A stretch of DNA of 64,000 bases from an uncultured Acidobacteriota bacterium (GTDB lineage: Bacteria; Acidobacteriota; UBA6911): assembly GCA_963747985.1 (NCBI GenBank), contig CAVVHG010000001.1:329963-393962 (forward strand), in the 5' to 3' direction. This document shows positions 1-8,331 of the stretch, piece by piece. The notes beneath the pieces were generated by a model. It was not told where the DNA came from. It ran no database searches and worked only from the letters and a program-made list of their open reading frames with translations. A program made the translations under genes and the position numbers. How positions within the stretch are numbered: position 1 is the first letter of the stretch; each line of letters opens with the position of its first letter.

Positions 1-1367
1 CAGCATTTCTCGATTCCTCCGACGGCCGCTACGCTGACCGTGTCGATCACAACTCTCACCGCGAGGACAACGTCGGCGTCACGGGCTACCTGGTGAACGA
101 GTCGTCGACCAAGCCGTCCGCGACCGCTGGCGCATGGTCCGCTTCGAAGCCGGCGAGCTATACGTTCGCCTCGGAGGGGTCCAAGACGCTCTACGCATGG
201 GCCAAGGATGCGGCGGGCAACGTCTCGAGCTCGCTGAGTGCTTCGACGACGATCACGCTCCCGCCCACCGCCGATACGACAGCACCGACGATCACTGCAT
301 TCTCAATTCCCTCCGCGGCTACATCGCTGACGGTGTCGATCACAACTCTCACCGCGACGGACAACGTCGGCGTCACGGGCTATCTGGTGAACGAGTCGTC
401 GACCAAGCCGTCCGCGACCGCTGGTGCATGGTCCGCTTCGAAGCCGGCCAGCTATACGTTCGCCTCGGAGGGGTCCAAGACGCTTTACGCGTGGGCCAAG
501 GATGCAGCGGGGAACGTCTCGAACTCGAAGAGCGCATCGACGACGATTACGGTTCCCCCTGCCACAGACACGATCCCACCGACGATTACGAGCTTCGCCC
601 TCCCGCCCACGTCCACATCGCTTACCGTGGCGATCACCTCGTTCTCAGCTTCCGACAATGCGGCCGTAGCAGGATACCTGGTCACAGAATCCTCGACCAA
701 ACCCGGTGCCGATGGCGCCGGTTGGAAGAGCTCGGCGCCTGCCAGTTACACCTTCGGGACCGCCGGTGCGAAGGTGCTGTATGGCTGGGCCAAGGACGCA
801 GCCGGTAACGTTTCTAATGCCAAGAGCGCTCAGACCACGATAACGTCGTCCGACGATTCGACCCTGGACATGTCCGTATGGGCAGGGGTCTGGTTCAGGG
901 TAAGGATCAATCGTGACGCAGGAAAAGAAGACTGGAAAGAGGGTGACGACGACTCCGACGAACATGCCGCAGGAGAAGACAGGTCCGGGGAGATCGCCTA
1001 TGTGAAGATCCATTCCTGGAACGCAGATACCGAGGTTCTGCAGGCCAGCATCTATTATCAGAACGGCAAGAACGGACCCTGGACATCTGCCGACCTGCCC
1101 TTCCATTACACCTCCGGCGATCCAAGCCGTTTCCTCTTCTGGTTCGAGTTTGCCGGGGAGTTCCAATTTGCCGCGGGCATGATCGCCAAGATAGACGGCA
1201 ATGAGATAGTCAGGGCGAAATTCAACGCGGCGGGCATTTATCTCTACAAGACGGAGGAGGAGATGGGTGCCGATGTCAACCTGGCGCTGACCATATCGTC
1301 AGGCATGGTCGCCGAATCAAAGGTGCCCCTGGAAGCTCTGGCACTTGCTTCGGCGCAAACCAACTAG
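1..1367 (+). CDS. Secreted/cell-surface repeat protein, 3' part (5' end outside window): at least three tandem ~99-aa Ig-like (SbsA/Big_3-like) repeats followed by a ~190-aa C-terminal domain of unknown function
   Basis: ORF 93..1367 stays open in-frame back to nt 3. Three ~297-nt tandem units (about 67-363, 364-660, 661-850); the first two are near-identical at DNA level. Repeat peptide ...TAPTITAFSIPSAATSLTVSITTLTATDNVGVTGYLVNESSTKPSATAGAWSASKPASYTF... Nt 1-66 match the repeat only in a different frame (1-nt deletion near nt 64: gcgaggac versus gcgacggac in copy 2). Confidence 0.6.
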   Translation, partial: AFLDSSDGRYADRVDHNSHREDNVGVTGYLVNESSTKPSATAGAWSASKPASYTFASEGSKTLYAWAKDAAGNVSSSLSASTTITLPPTADTTAPTITAFSIPSAATSLTVSITTLTATDNVGVTGYLVNESSTKPSATAGAWSASKPASYTFASEGSKTLYAWAKDAAGNVSNSKSASTTITVPPATDTIPPTITSFALPPTSTSLTVAITSFSASDNAAVAGYLVTESSTKPGADGAGWKSSAPASYTFGTAGAKVLYGWAKDAAGNVSNAKSAQTTITSSDDSTLDMSVWAGVWFRVRINRDAGKEDWKEGDDDSDEHAAGEDRSGEIAYVKIHSWNADTEVLQASIYYQNGKNGPWTSADLPFHYTSGDPSRFLFWFEFAGEFQFAAGMIAKIDGNEIVRAKFNAAGIYLYKTEEEMGADVNLALTISSGMVAESKVPLEALALASAQTN

Positions 1368-1639
1368 TCCAAACGTCAGTACAAGAGGGGGCTATAGAAC
1401 GGCGCGAGCCGGTATATGGCCCCCTGCCAGTTCCTCTCACCGCTGCCTGTCGCCCGCAAGGCCGATCCTCCACACCCACCGCGGTCCGGATTCACTCCGG
1501 ATGTCTTCCGTGCGTATCCGGGAGATACAACAGGGAGCCTGACCTGCCCGGTTGTCTCCGTCCCTCAATACCCCTTCAATCTGCAGTCGGGAGATCCTGC
1601 CAGACCGATTCGGTGTCGGGAATGCGTTAAAGGCAGTCA

Positions 1640-1653
1640 TTAATATCAGTCAA
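1640..1653. promoter_or_regulatory. Candidate FNR/DNR/NnrR-type box (TTAATatcaGTCAA versus consensus TTGAT-N4-ATCAA) about 90 nt upstream of the norC start
   Basis: 8/10 half-site matches; sits in the AT-rich stretch 1640-1735 preceding norC; nor promoters are classically DNR/NNR-dependent. Confidence 0.3.
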
Positions 1654-1740
1654 CGAGCGAAAAGATTTTCTTCCATTCTCGACGGTAGTTTCTTATATTA
1701 AGGATCAAATAGTCATAAATTGATCGAAGGGAGAAGAACT

Positions 1741-2262
1741 ATGAGTGAACGAGCCGCGAAGCTGATCTTCTGGATCGGCACCCTCTCATCCCTGGCACTA
1801 TTCCTCGCGCTGACCATCGACACAACCCGCCAGTTTGCGTCGCTCACGCACGCCGACAGGCTGGACGAGCAGGTGGTCGCCGGGAAGCGTGCCTTCGAGC
1901 ATTACAACTGCAACGACTGCCACACGATCCTGGGATTCGGCGGATATTACGCCCCGGACCTCACGCGTGCCTACCTGCGGCTGGGCGAGAGTGCCGTCGC
2001 GCGCCGCTTGAAAAGCCCTGACGTAGCGTTTGCCGACTCCTATCGCAAGATGCCCCAGCAGAACCTTTCGGAGAAGGAGATTGCGGATATCACCGCCTAC
2101 CTGCGCTGGGTTTCAGGTATAGAAAACCACGACTGGCCGCCGCAGGATTCGAAGAACCGTTGGAAACGTTCCGACCGACAGGATGCTTGCAGCGGCAGCT
2201 TTGTCGCCGGCTGCGGCGCTTATCGAACAGGAGAGCTGTCTGACCTGCCACACGCTCGGTGA
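1741..2262 (+). CDS. norC: Nitric-oxide reductase cytochrome c subunit NorC (cNOR small subunit); the 3' tail is probably out of frame
   Basis: ATG 1741 with RBS gaagggagaag upstream (MSERAAKLIFWIGTL...); N-terminal membrane anchor, heme motif CNDCH, conserved C-terminal ...YLRWVSGIENHDWPPQD matching the NorC family end (LKWSSKIDTNQWPP). The last ~30 aa (RWKRSDRQDACSGSF...) look like frame-shifted sequence. Confidence 0.8.
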   Translation: MSERAAKLIFWIGTLSSLALFLALTIDTTRQFASLTHADRLDEQVVAGKRAFEHYNCNDCHTILGFGGYYAPDLTRAYLRLGESAVARRLKSPDVAFADSYRKMPQQNLSEKEIADITAYLRWVSGIENHDWPPQDSKNRWKRSDRQDACSGSFVAGCGAYRTGELSDLPHAR

Positions 2263-2464
2263 CCGGGGCGAAGGCAGGGGGCCGAGGTTGGAGTGGATCG
2301 CCACCCGCCGCGACGCAGGTTGGATCGCCTCATACCTCGCCGACCCGCAGAAGTATGCGCCGGGAAGCGAAATGCCCTCATACGATACGCTGGCCGAGGG
2401 GCAGCGTCACATGATAGGTGACTTCATCGTTGCGCTGGCGTCGCAGAAGGGAGGTGCCCAATGA
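2183..2464 (+). CDS. Mono-heme class I c-type cytochrome ORF overlapping the norC 3' end in the +1 frame; probably a C-terminal cytochrome c domain of NorC separated by an indel
   Basis: MLAAAALSPAAALIEQESCLTCHTLGDRG...PGSEMPSYD (CxxCH plus downstream Met ligand region); weak signal peptide; the Ala/Pro-rich start looks like an interdomain linker; stop TGA overlaps the norB ATG (ATGA at 2461-2464). Confidence 0.6.
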   Translation: MLAAAALSPAAALIEQESCLTCHTLGDRGEGRGPRLEWIATRRDAGWIASYLADPQKYAPGSEMPSYDTLAEGQRHMIGDFIVALASQKGGAQ

Positions 2465-3795
2465 CACACAGAACGCAGAAAGTCGCCTACCCGTATTTTG
2501 TGGTCGCCCTTCTCCTGTTTGTCCTTCAGGTAGTACTTGGACTGTGGCTCGCGACGCAGTACTTCGTCACGGTGCCGCAGGAAATCGTCAATGTATTCCC
2601 GTTTTCGACCGCGCGCGCGATGCACACCAACCTGCTGGTTCTGTGGCTGCTCCTCGGCTTCATGGGCGCGACGTACTATCTCGTTCCCGAAGAGACGGGG
2701 TCCGAGATCGCCTGGCCGAAGGTGGCGATCGCTCAGCTCGTGCTGCTTTCACTGACGGGAGTCGCGGCGCTTGTCGGGTTCCTTTTCGGGTGGACGCAGG
2801 GCAAGCCGCTCCTCGAGATCCCGACCCCGCTCGATTTCCTTGTAGTAGCCGGGGCCCTGATGTTCCTGGCTAACGTGGGCATCACGATGATCCGCGCGAA
2901 GCGCTGGACGGCCGTGCAGGGTTCCCTGCTGGGCGGACTCGTCTTTCTCGCCGTGATGTACCTGTTCGGGATGCCCTTCTACAGAAACCTGGCTGAAGAC
3001 TGGTACTACTGGTGGTGGGTCATCCACCTCTGGGTGGAGGGCGCGTGGGAACTGATCGCCGCGGCACTGACCGCCTTTATCCTGATCAAGCTCACGGGCG
3101 TGAATCGCAAGGTCGTGGAGAAGTGGCTCTACGTTGAGCTGGGCCTCTTCCTGTTCACCGGTATTGCCGGCACAGGGCACCATTACTACTGGCTTGGTGC
3201 GCCCAAGTACTGGCTATGGGTGGGAGGAGCCTTCTCGGCGCTCGAGCCGCTGCCCATCCTTCTGATGGTCGTGGATACCTGGCGCGACGTGCGTTCACGC
3301 ACGGAGCCCATGCTGCCCCGGCTGACCTGGGTCTATCTCATCGGTATGGTGGTGCTGCACTTTGCAGGCGCCGGACTCTTCGGCTTTGCTCACACGCTGC
3401 CGCAGATCAACTACTTCACTCATGGAAGCCAGGTCACAGTCTCGCACGGACACCTTGCTTTCTTTGGAGCTTACGCTCTCCTGAACCTGACCTTCTTCTA
3501 TCTGGCCATTCCGCGACTCAAGAATTTCGAGGCTGGCCGTTACGACGAGAGGTCGGGACATTTCGGTTTCTGGACCACCAGCCTGGGAATCCTCGGGATG
3601 AGCCTGGCGTTCGGCGTGGCCGGCGTGCTGCAAGCCTACCTCGAAAGGATGCAGGGCCAGCCCTACATAGTCGCGCAGGAGCCAATCCGATTCTGGATGG
3701 CAATTGTGGCTGCGCACGGCCTGATTGTACTCGTGGGTGTCGTGGTTATTGTGAAGCATCTGCTGACACTCAAACCGGCGCCTTCGGCCGCCTGA
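2461..3795 (+). CDS. norB: Nitric-oxide reductase large subunit NorB (cNOR, heme-copper oxidase superfamily, 12 TM)
   Basis: 444 aa. Strong family signatures: MHTNLLVLWLLLGFMGATYYLVPEE, FYWWWVIHLWVEGAWELI, TGHHYYW, THGSQVTVSHGHLAFFGAY. Translationally coupled to the upstream cytochrome ORF. Confidence 0.92.
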   Translation: MTHRTQKVAYPYFVVALLLFVLQVVLGLWLATQYFVTVPQEIVNVFPFSTARAMHTNLLVLWLLLGFMGATYYLVPEETGSEIAWPKVAIAQLVLLSLTGVAALVGFLFGWTQGKPLLEIPTPLDFLVVAGALMFLANVGITMIRAKRWTAVQGSLLGGLVFLAVMYLFGMPFYRNLAEDWYYWWWVIHLWVEGAWELIAAALTAFILIKLTGVNRKVVEKWLYVELGLFLFTGIAGTGHHYYWLGAPKYWLWVGGAFSALEPLPILLMVVDTWRDVRSRTEPMLPRLTWVYLIGMVVLHFAGAGLFGFAHTLPQINYFTHGSQVTVSHGHLAFFGAYALLNLTFFYLAIPRLKNFEAGRYDERSGHFGFWTTSLGILGMSLAFGVAGVLQAYLERMQGQPYIVAQEPIRFWMAIVAAHGLIVLVGVVVIVKHLLTLKPAPSAA

Positions 3796-3941
3796 TCAAT
3801 CCGTTCTCCCGCCGGGTGCGCGCTCGGGGCGAGCCCGGCGGGTAACTTCCTGCTTTGGCGACCGGCCGGTCGCGTTCAGCTGAAGATGCTCAGGCACCGG
3901 GAAGTTGAGCATGTAACGACCTATGGGTAGGGGGGTCGAGC

Positions 3942-4097
3942 ATGAAGACGTTCTGTCTGCTGTCAGCAGGCCTCCTGGGCCTGTCTATGGCGTGTTCAAC
4001 AACGCAGTCGGAAATGCGGACACATCTGAAGAGCGAAGCGAGGGCGGCTCAGACCGTTGACGGTCCGCCGCCTTCGATGGACAAGCTAACCTCCTGA
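3942..4097 (+). CDS. Small (51 aa) putative lipoprotein/secreted peptide downstream of norB
   Basis: ATG 3942 preceded by a G-rich RBS (taggggggtcgagc); MKTFCLLSAGLLGLSMAC... signal peptide with a lipobox-like SMAC; below the ORF-track size cut-off. Confidence 0.25.
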   Translation: MKTFCLLSAGLLGLSMACSTTQSEMRTHLKSEARAAQTVDGPPPSMDKLTS

Positions 4098-4285
4098 CAC
4101 GAAACTCGCAGGGGAGCTGAGCCGGAGAATCGGCATGGAAAGCTGTATCAAGTGCCACAGGGTTCACATGCCGGCGGCGCTTGCGCACGCGAGATGGACC
4201 AGGGGTGAGGGAGCGGGTTCGCCAGATCGTCAGCTCAGCCCACAGAAGTCCAGGCAAGCATGCAAGTGCATCTCACCGCTTTGAC

Positions 4286-5525
4286 TCAATGTGCACCAAG
4301 CAAGTCGAGCGCGGTCAGGAGCTGCGTGTCCTTGCTGTCATGAAGCTGGGCAGCAGTCATATCTCTTTCTTCTTGCGGAAATACCTGGGATGTCTCCGGA
4401 GGCAACTCCACCGCGATCTCCGGTGTGATTCCCTTGTGCCAGATGACATGCCCGGCGGGAGTCAACCATTCCTCCACCGCCAGCAGCAGGGCGGAGCCGT
4501 CAGACATCGGGAATTCGTTGAGTACGGTGCCCGTGCCGATCGTCCTGAGCCCGACCAGCTTGGCGCGGTTCGCATCCCTGAGCGCACCCGCCACAATCTC
4601 GGCGGCGCTGGCGGTACCGCCGTTGACCACGACAACCAACGGAATTGTCGTAGCCGCCCCGCCGGGCTTGACGGGGATCGGCTTGATGTTGCCATGTGCA
4701 TCCTTTACCAGCAGCACATTGCCGCCAGTCAGAAACTGGCTGGCAGCGCCAACCGCCTCCTCCAGCAATCCGCCGGGATTGTTCCGCAGATCCAGGACGA
4801 TTCCCTTCAACCCGCTGCGGCCGATCTCCGACAAAGCAGCGCGCAGGTCAGCGGTCATGCCCCGCCCGAAGCTGGCAATGCGCAGATGTGCCACCCCGGT
4901 ACCCGGCGACTGCTGCCAGGTGACATCGTGGACAGTAATTGAGGCGCGCACGAGAGTAACCTCGCGCGACCGGCCCGATGACGGGGTCAGAATTGTGAGA
5001 GTCACCGATGTTCCAGGGTGTCCGGATATTCGCGCCACGACCTGATCGAGCGGCAGGCCGGCGACATCGTGCCCGTCGACTCTGAGAATGATATCGCCGG
5101 CGCGCAGGCCCGCTCGCTTTGCGCGGAGAATCGTCCAGGGGGGCGACGACCACCACGTGCCCGGCCCTGATCTGGATCTCAGCGCCGACTCCCTCGAGCT
5201 TGTTCTGCTGAAGGTTCCTGAGTGCCTTGACCATCTCGGGGTTCAGGAAACGGCTGTGCCCCGTGTCACCCAGAGCGTCCACCATCCCGCTTATGGCGCC
5301 ATAGCTCATGGCCTGAGGTTGGACCACGGCGCGATCCACGTAGACATCCTGGATGATCTTCCATGCCTCAGGGATCAGGCGAAAATCGGCACCCGTCTCG
5401 AGCGATCCGAATCCCTCTGCCGCCACGCGATCCAGTGCGATGCCGGCGACAAAACCCAGCACCAGAACGAACATCAGCAGAAAGACCGGCGTTTTCATTT
5501 CCCTGAAGATACTGGGTGCTCTCAT
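4286..5525 (-). pseudogene. ctpA: C-terminal processing protease (peptidase S41, CtpA/Prc-like), frame disrupted by a 1-nt indel near 5118-5126 (or sequencing error)
   Basis: N-terminal part (ORF 4848..5525: signal anchor, ...AISGMVDALGDTGHSRFL..., [23 protein letters not shown]) and C-terminal part (ORF 4286..5038: PDZ ...[15 protein letters not shown]..., GIVLDLRNNPGGLL, VVVNGGTASAAEIVAGAL) lie in different frames. Removing one c in tctccgcgcaaag restores ...[18 protein letters not shown]... Confidence 0.7.
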
Positions 5526-5595
5526 TCGTCGGTTCCTCCGACAGACAAGTATGCGCCGGTTTACTGCGCTCCGCTTGAATCTTCCGGTGCTGGAC

Positions 5596-6008
5596 TTCGG
5601 GTGCTAGTTGGGGCGCGGATTCCGCGCGGCATCCTGGTGGCTTCCTCTGTGCTCGCGGCGCTCAAACTGGCGTTCTCGCTCGGCGTCTTCCTCTATGGGC
5701 ACTACTCGCTCAGGCTCGATATGCGATCCTTGCAGACGCTGACCTTTGCGACTCTGATCCTCAGTTCGCAGGCCGGGGTCTACCTACTGCGCGAGCGAGG
5801 ACACTTCTGGCAGTCGCGTCCGGGTCGCTACCTCGTGGGTAGCTCCGTGTTGGGCCTGGGCGTCACCGTGCTGCTTGCGCTTGGCGGCATCCTCATGCCG
5901 GCGGTCGGCGTGTCGGTCCTGCTGGGAGTGGCGGCCGCAGGCGCAGTCTGCTTCGCCGCCCTCGATTGGGTGAAGGTTTGGCTGTTTGCGCGGCTGGCCC
6001 TGCGTTGA
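5596..6008 (+). pseudogene. Membrane-protein C-terminal fragment (two to three TM helices) loosely resembling the C-terminal end of a P-type ATPase; likely a gene remnant or small membrane ORF
   Basis: Only the 3' ~135 codons of ORF 5088..6008 look protein-like (...TLTFATLILSSQAGVYLLRERGHFWQSRPGRYLVGSSVLGLGVTVLLALGGILMPAVGVSVLLGV...); the 5' part of that ORF is antisense to ctpA; no N-terminal domains present. Confidence 0.3.
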
Positions 6009-6432
6009 CTCCTGGAGAACGGAACGACAGTTTTTCCCTCGGTTTCCATCGTCTCACCTCTCGGCATTCCATGCCGAGGTTCCGGCTCGTGGACGCAGTT
6101 TCAAATCGTCGCCGACCATAACACCCGCTGTCCGTGCTCTGATTTAATCCCATCCGGAGCAGCAATAACCATAGGCAAAGATCCCTATTTCCCTGTTGGT
6201 AGAACTACGCAGGCTGCCGGGGTGAACCCTGAAATCGCAGTGTTCCCCCATGGCCCTGGTGGGCCGTTCCATCAATTTCTTCGGATCCACGATGGAGACG
6301 CCCGGCGCCCCCTGATGCGCAGCAGGTCCAGGCAGGCATCCCCGGATGTCAGACGGCTGACTCTCAGAGGCCCCCCTTATTTCTTGAAGACGTCGTGGAG
6401 ATCCCTTAACATTTCCGGCGCTGAGCACTCAC

Positions 6433-6864
6433 ATGAAACGTGTATTCAGGAAGTCAGGCGCGCGATTCTGCGGCCACGCGATGATCATCCTCGCCGGGAT
6501 TGCACTGCTGTTCCCCGGCTCGGCTTCTGTGCTCTGCATCGCACCCGGGGGCCATGTGGCTGTTGAAGACATCAACGCCGCGTGTTGCGCACGCTCCGCA
6601 ATCGGTATCCGGGCTGGAAACCAGCCAGGCAATGGGTTCGCCACAGCAGGGGGTTGCCAGAACTGCACGGACGTCTTCATTGCCCAGAGCGCACGGGGAA
6701 CGATCACAGAATCGCGCGATACTGTTACTTCGAATTCACTCGCAGACGCATACCTGCAGGGTAACTTCCCCGCGGACACTCGCTATTCATCACGCCGATC
6801 AGCCCCTGTCGCAGGGACAGGTCCGCCTGCGGCTGCCGCTTCATCGGTCCCGCTTCGCTGCTAG
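6433..6864 (+). CDS. Hypothetical Cys/His-containing secreted protein immediately upstream of czcCBA (possible metal-binding accessory protein)
   Basis: 143 aa, N-terminal hydrophobic signal (MIILAGIALLFPGSASVLC), motifs CIAPGGH, AACCARS, GGCQNC; no recognisable family; weak RBS. Confidence 0.3.
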   Translation: MKRVFRKSGARFCGHAMIILAGIALLFPGSASVLCIAPGGHVAVEDINAACCARSAIGIRAGNQPGNGFATAGGCQNCTDVFIAQSARGTITESRDTVTSNSLADAYLQGNFPADTRYSSRRSAPVAGTGPPAAAASSVPLRC

Positions 6865-7035
6865 GCCTCCTGCATTTTCGTCCTGGAATCGAACGCCTCA
6901 GGGCAGAGATGCTGCAATTCTGCCGGCGTTGGTCCGCAGGGGATCTCTCGTACGAAGTTCAGGCTGCCGGTTTCTGGAGAAGTGCGGCAGTCCCGAGATC
7001 TCCGGCATGTCCAGTAGCCCTTCCGATCAGAGAGC

Positions 7036-8331
7036 ATGTCTATGTCAGTCAACGGATCGAGCATCCGGGTCTTACTCTTCCTGGCGGTTGTCGTGAGCAC
7101 GCCTCGCATCGAGGCGCGGGAATCGGATATCCCGTCGCGCCTGACTCTCGAGGCTGCCATCCGTCTGGCGATCGGCCGGAACCCTGCTCTCCAGGCAGCA
7201 AAGAACGAGGTCCAGGCGTTCGAGGGAGACAGAATCGCGGCAAACAAGCGGCCCAATCCCGCATTCAGCCTGGAGGCGGAAGACTATCCCATCAGCACGA
7301 ACCCGGGGCCTTTCTTCGAGACCCAGGAGATAACCCTCCGATTCGACTACGAAATAGAGCGAGGCGGTCGCAGACGGTTGCGGACCGAGGCGGCCCGGCA
7401 GGCGTTGGAGTCTCAGCGGCTCGCCTACCAGGACCGGGTCCGCCTGCTGACGCTCGAGGTCGAGCGCGCCTTTTCCCGGGCGATCCTGGCGAAGTCCAAC
7501 CTGGAGACCTCGCAGTCGCTTCTGGAGGAGACGGAACGGATGATTTTGCTGAACCGGGTGCGATTCGAGCAGGGTGAGATATCGGCCCTGGAACTGAATC
7601 GAATCGAGGTGGAGAAGCTCAAATTCCAGGACGACGTATTCCAGGCTGACCTCATGATGCGCAACGCAAAGAGCTCGCTGCTGGCTTTGCTGAACGCACC
7701 CGACCTCTCACAGGATGTGGATATTACCGGCACACTCCAGGTGACCGCGCAGGCCTCAGAACCGGGACTGCCGCCGCAAGCTCCCCTCACTGAACTGCTG
7801 CGAATCGCCTACGAACGAAGACCTGATATGGCTTCCCGCCTGGAGGAGAAACGACGAGCCGATACGGAAGCCCTGCTGCAACGGGCGACCAGGTCTCCAA
7901 ACATCACGGTCGGCGGTGGATACAAAAGGAACCTTGCCGACAATGCGGTTGTCTACGGTGTGACGATTCCACTGAAGATCTTGAATCGGAACGAGGGGGA
8001 AATCGTTCGCGCGGAAGCCGAACAGATGCGCGCCATGAATCTGGCGGCTGCGGTTCGAAAAGAAATCGAACTGAACGTCCAGCAGGCATTCAACGCGGTT
8101 GAAGTGAACCGCCAGCGCGTCGGGTACATCGGGACGCAGTACATGAAGAAGGCCGAGGAAGCCAGCCGGGTCACTCTCGAATCCTACAATCTCGGCGGTG
8201 CGACCCTGCTCGACTATCTCGATGCGCAAAGGGCCTATCGCGACACGCTGCGCATATACAACCAGGCCCTATTCGACGAGCGCATCAGCCTGTACGAACT
8301 GGCAAGCTCAATAGGGTCAGGAGTCGAATGA
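7036..8331 (+). CDS. czcC: Outer-membrane efflux protein (TolC/CzcC family) of an HME-RND system
   Basis: 431 aa, signal peptide, OEP repeats (LTLEAAIRLAIGRNPALQAAKNEVQA...); stop overlaps czcB start (ATGA). Confidence 0.8.
   Translation: MSMSVNGSSIRVLLFLAVVVSTPRIEARESDIPSRLTLEAAIRLAIGRNPALQAAKNEVQAFEGDRIAANKRPNPAFSLEAEDYPISTNPGPFFETQEITLRFDYEIERGGRRRLRTEAARQALESQRLAYQDRVRLLTLEVERAFSRAILAKSNLETSQSLLEETERMILLNRVRFEQGEISALELNRIEVEKLKFQDDVFQADLMMRNAKSSLLALLNAPDLSQDVDITGTLQVTAQASEPGLPPQAPLTELLRIAYERRPDMASRLEEKRRADTEALLQRATRSPNITVGGGYKRNLADNAVVYGVTIPLKILNRNEGEIVRAEAEQMRAMNLAAAVRKEIELNVQQAFNAVEVNRQRVGYIGTQYMKKAEEASRVTLESYNLGGATLLDYLDAQRAYRDTLRIYNQALFDERISLYELASSIGSGVE

Noticed and set aside
134-808. 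224-aa ORF with internal repetition (MVRFEAGELYVRLGGVQDAL... twice)
   Set aside because: Alternative-frame shadow of the tandem 297-nt coding repeats of the surface protein; the repetition reflects the DNA repeat, not an independent gene.
1-850. Possible CRISPR array suggested by regular tandem repeats
   Set aside because: Repeat unit is ~297 nt, protein-coding (Ig-like domain) with no short spacer/repeat alternation; not a CRISPR.
4181-4942. 253-aa plus-strand ORF
   Set aside because: Antisense to the C-terminal half of the S41 protease gene; no motifs.
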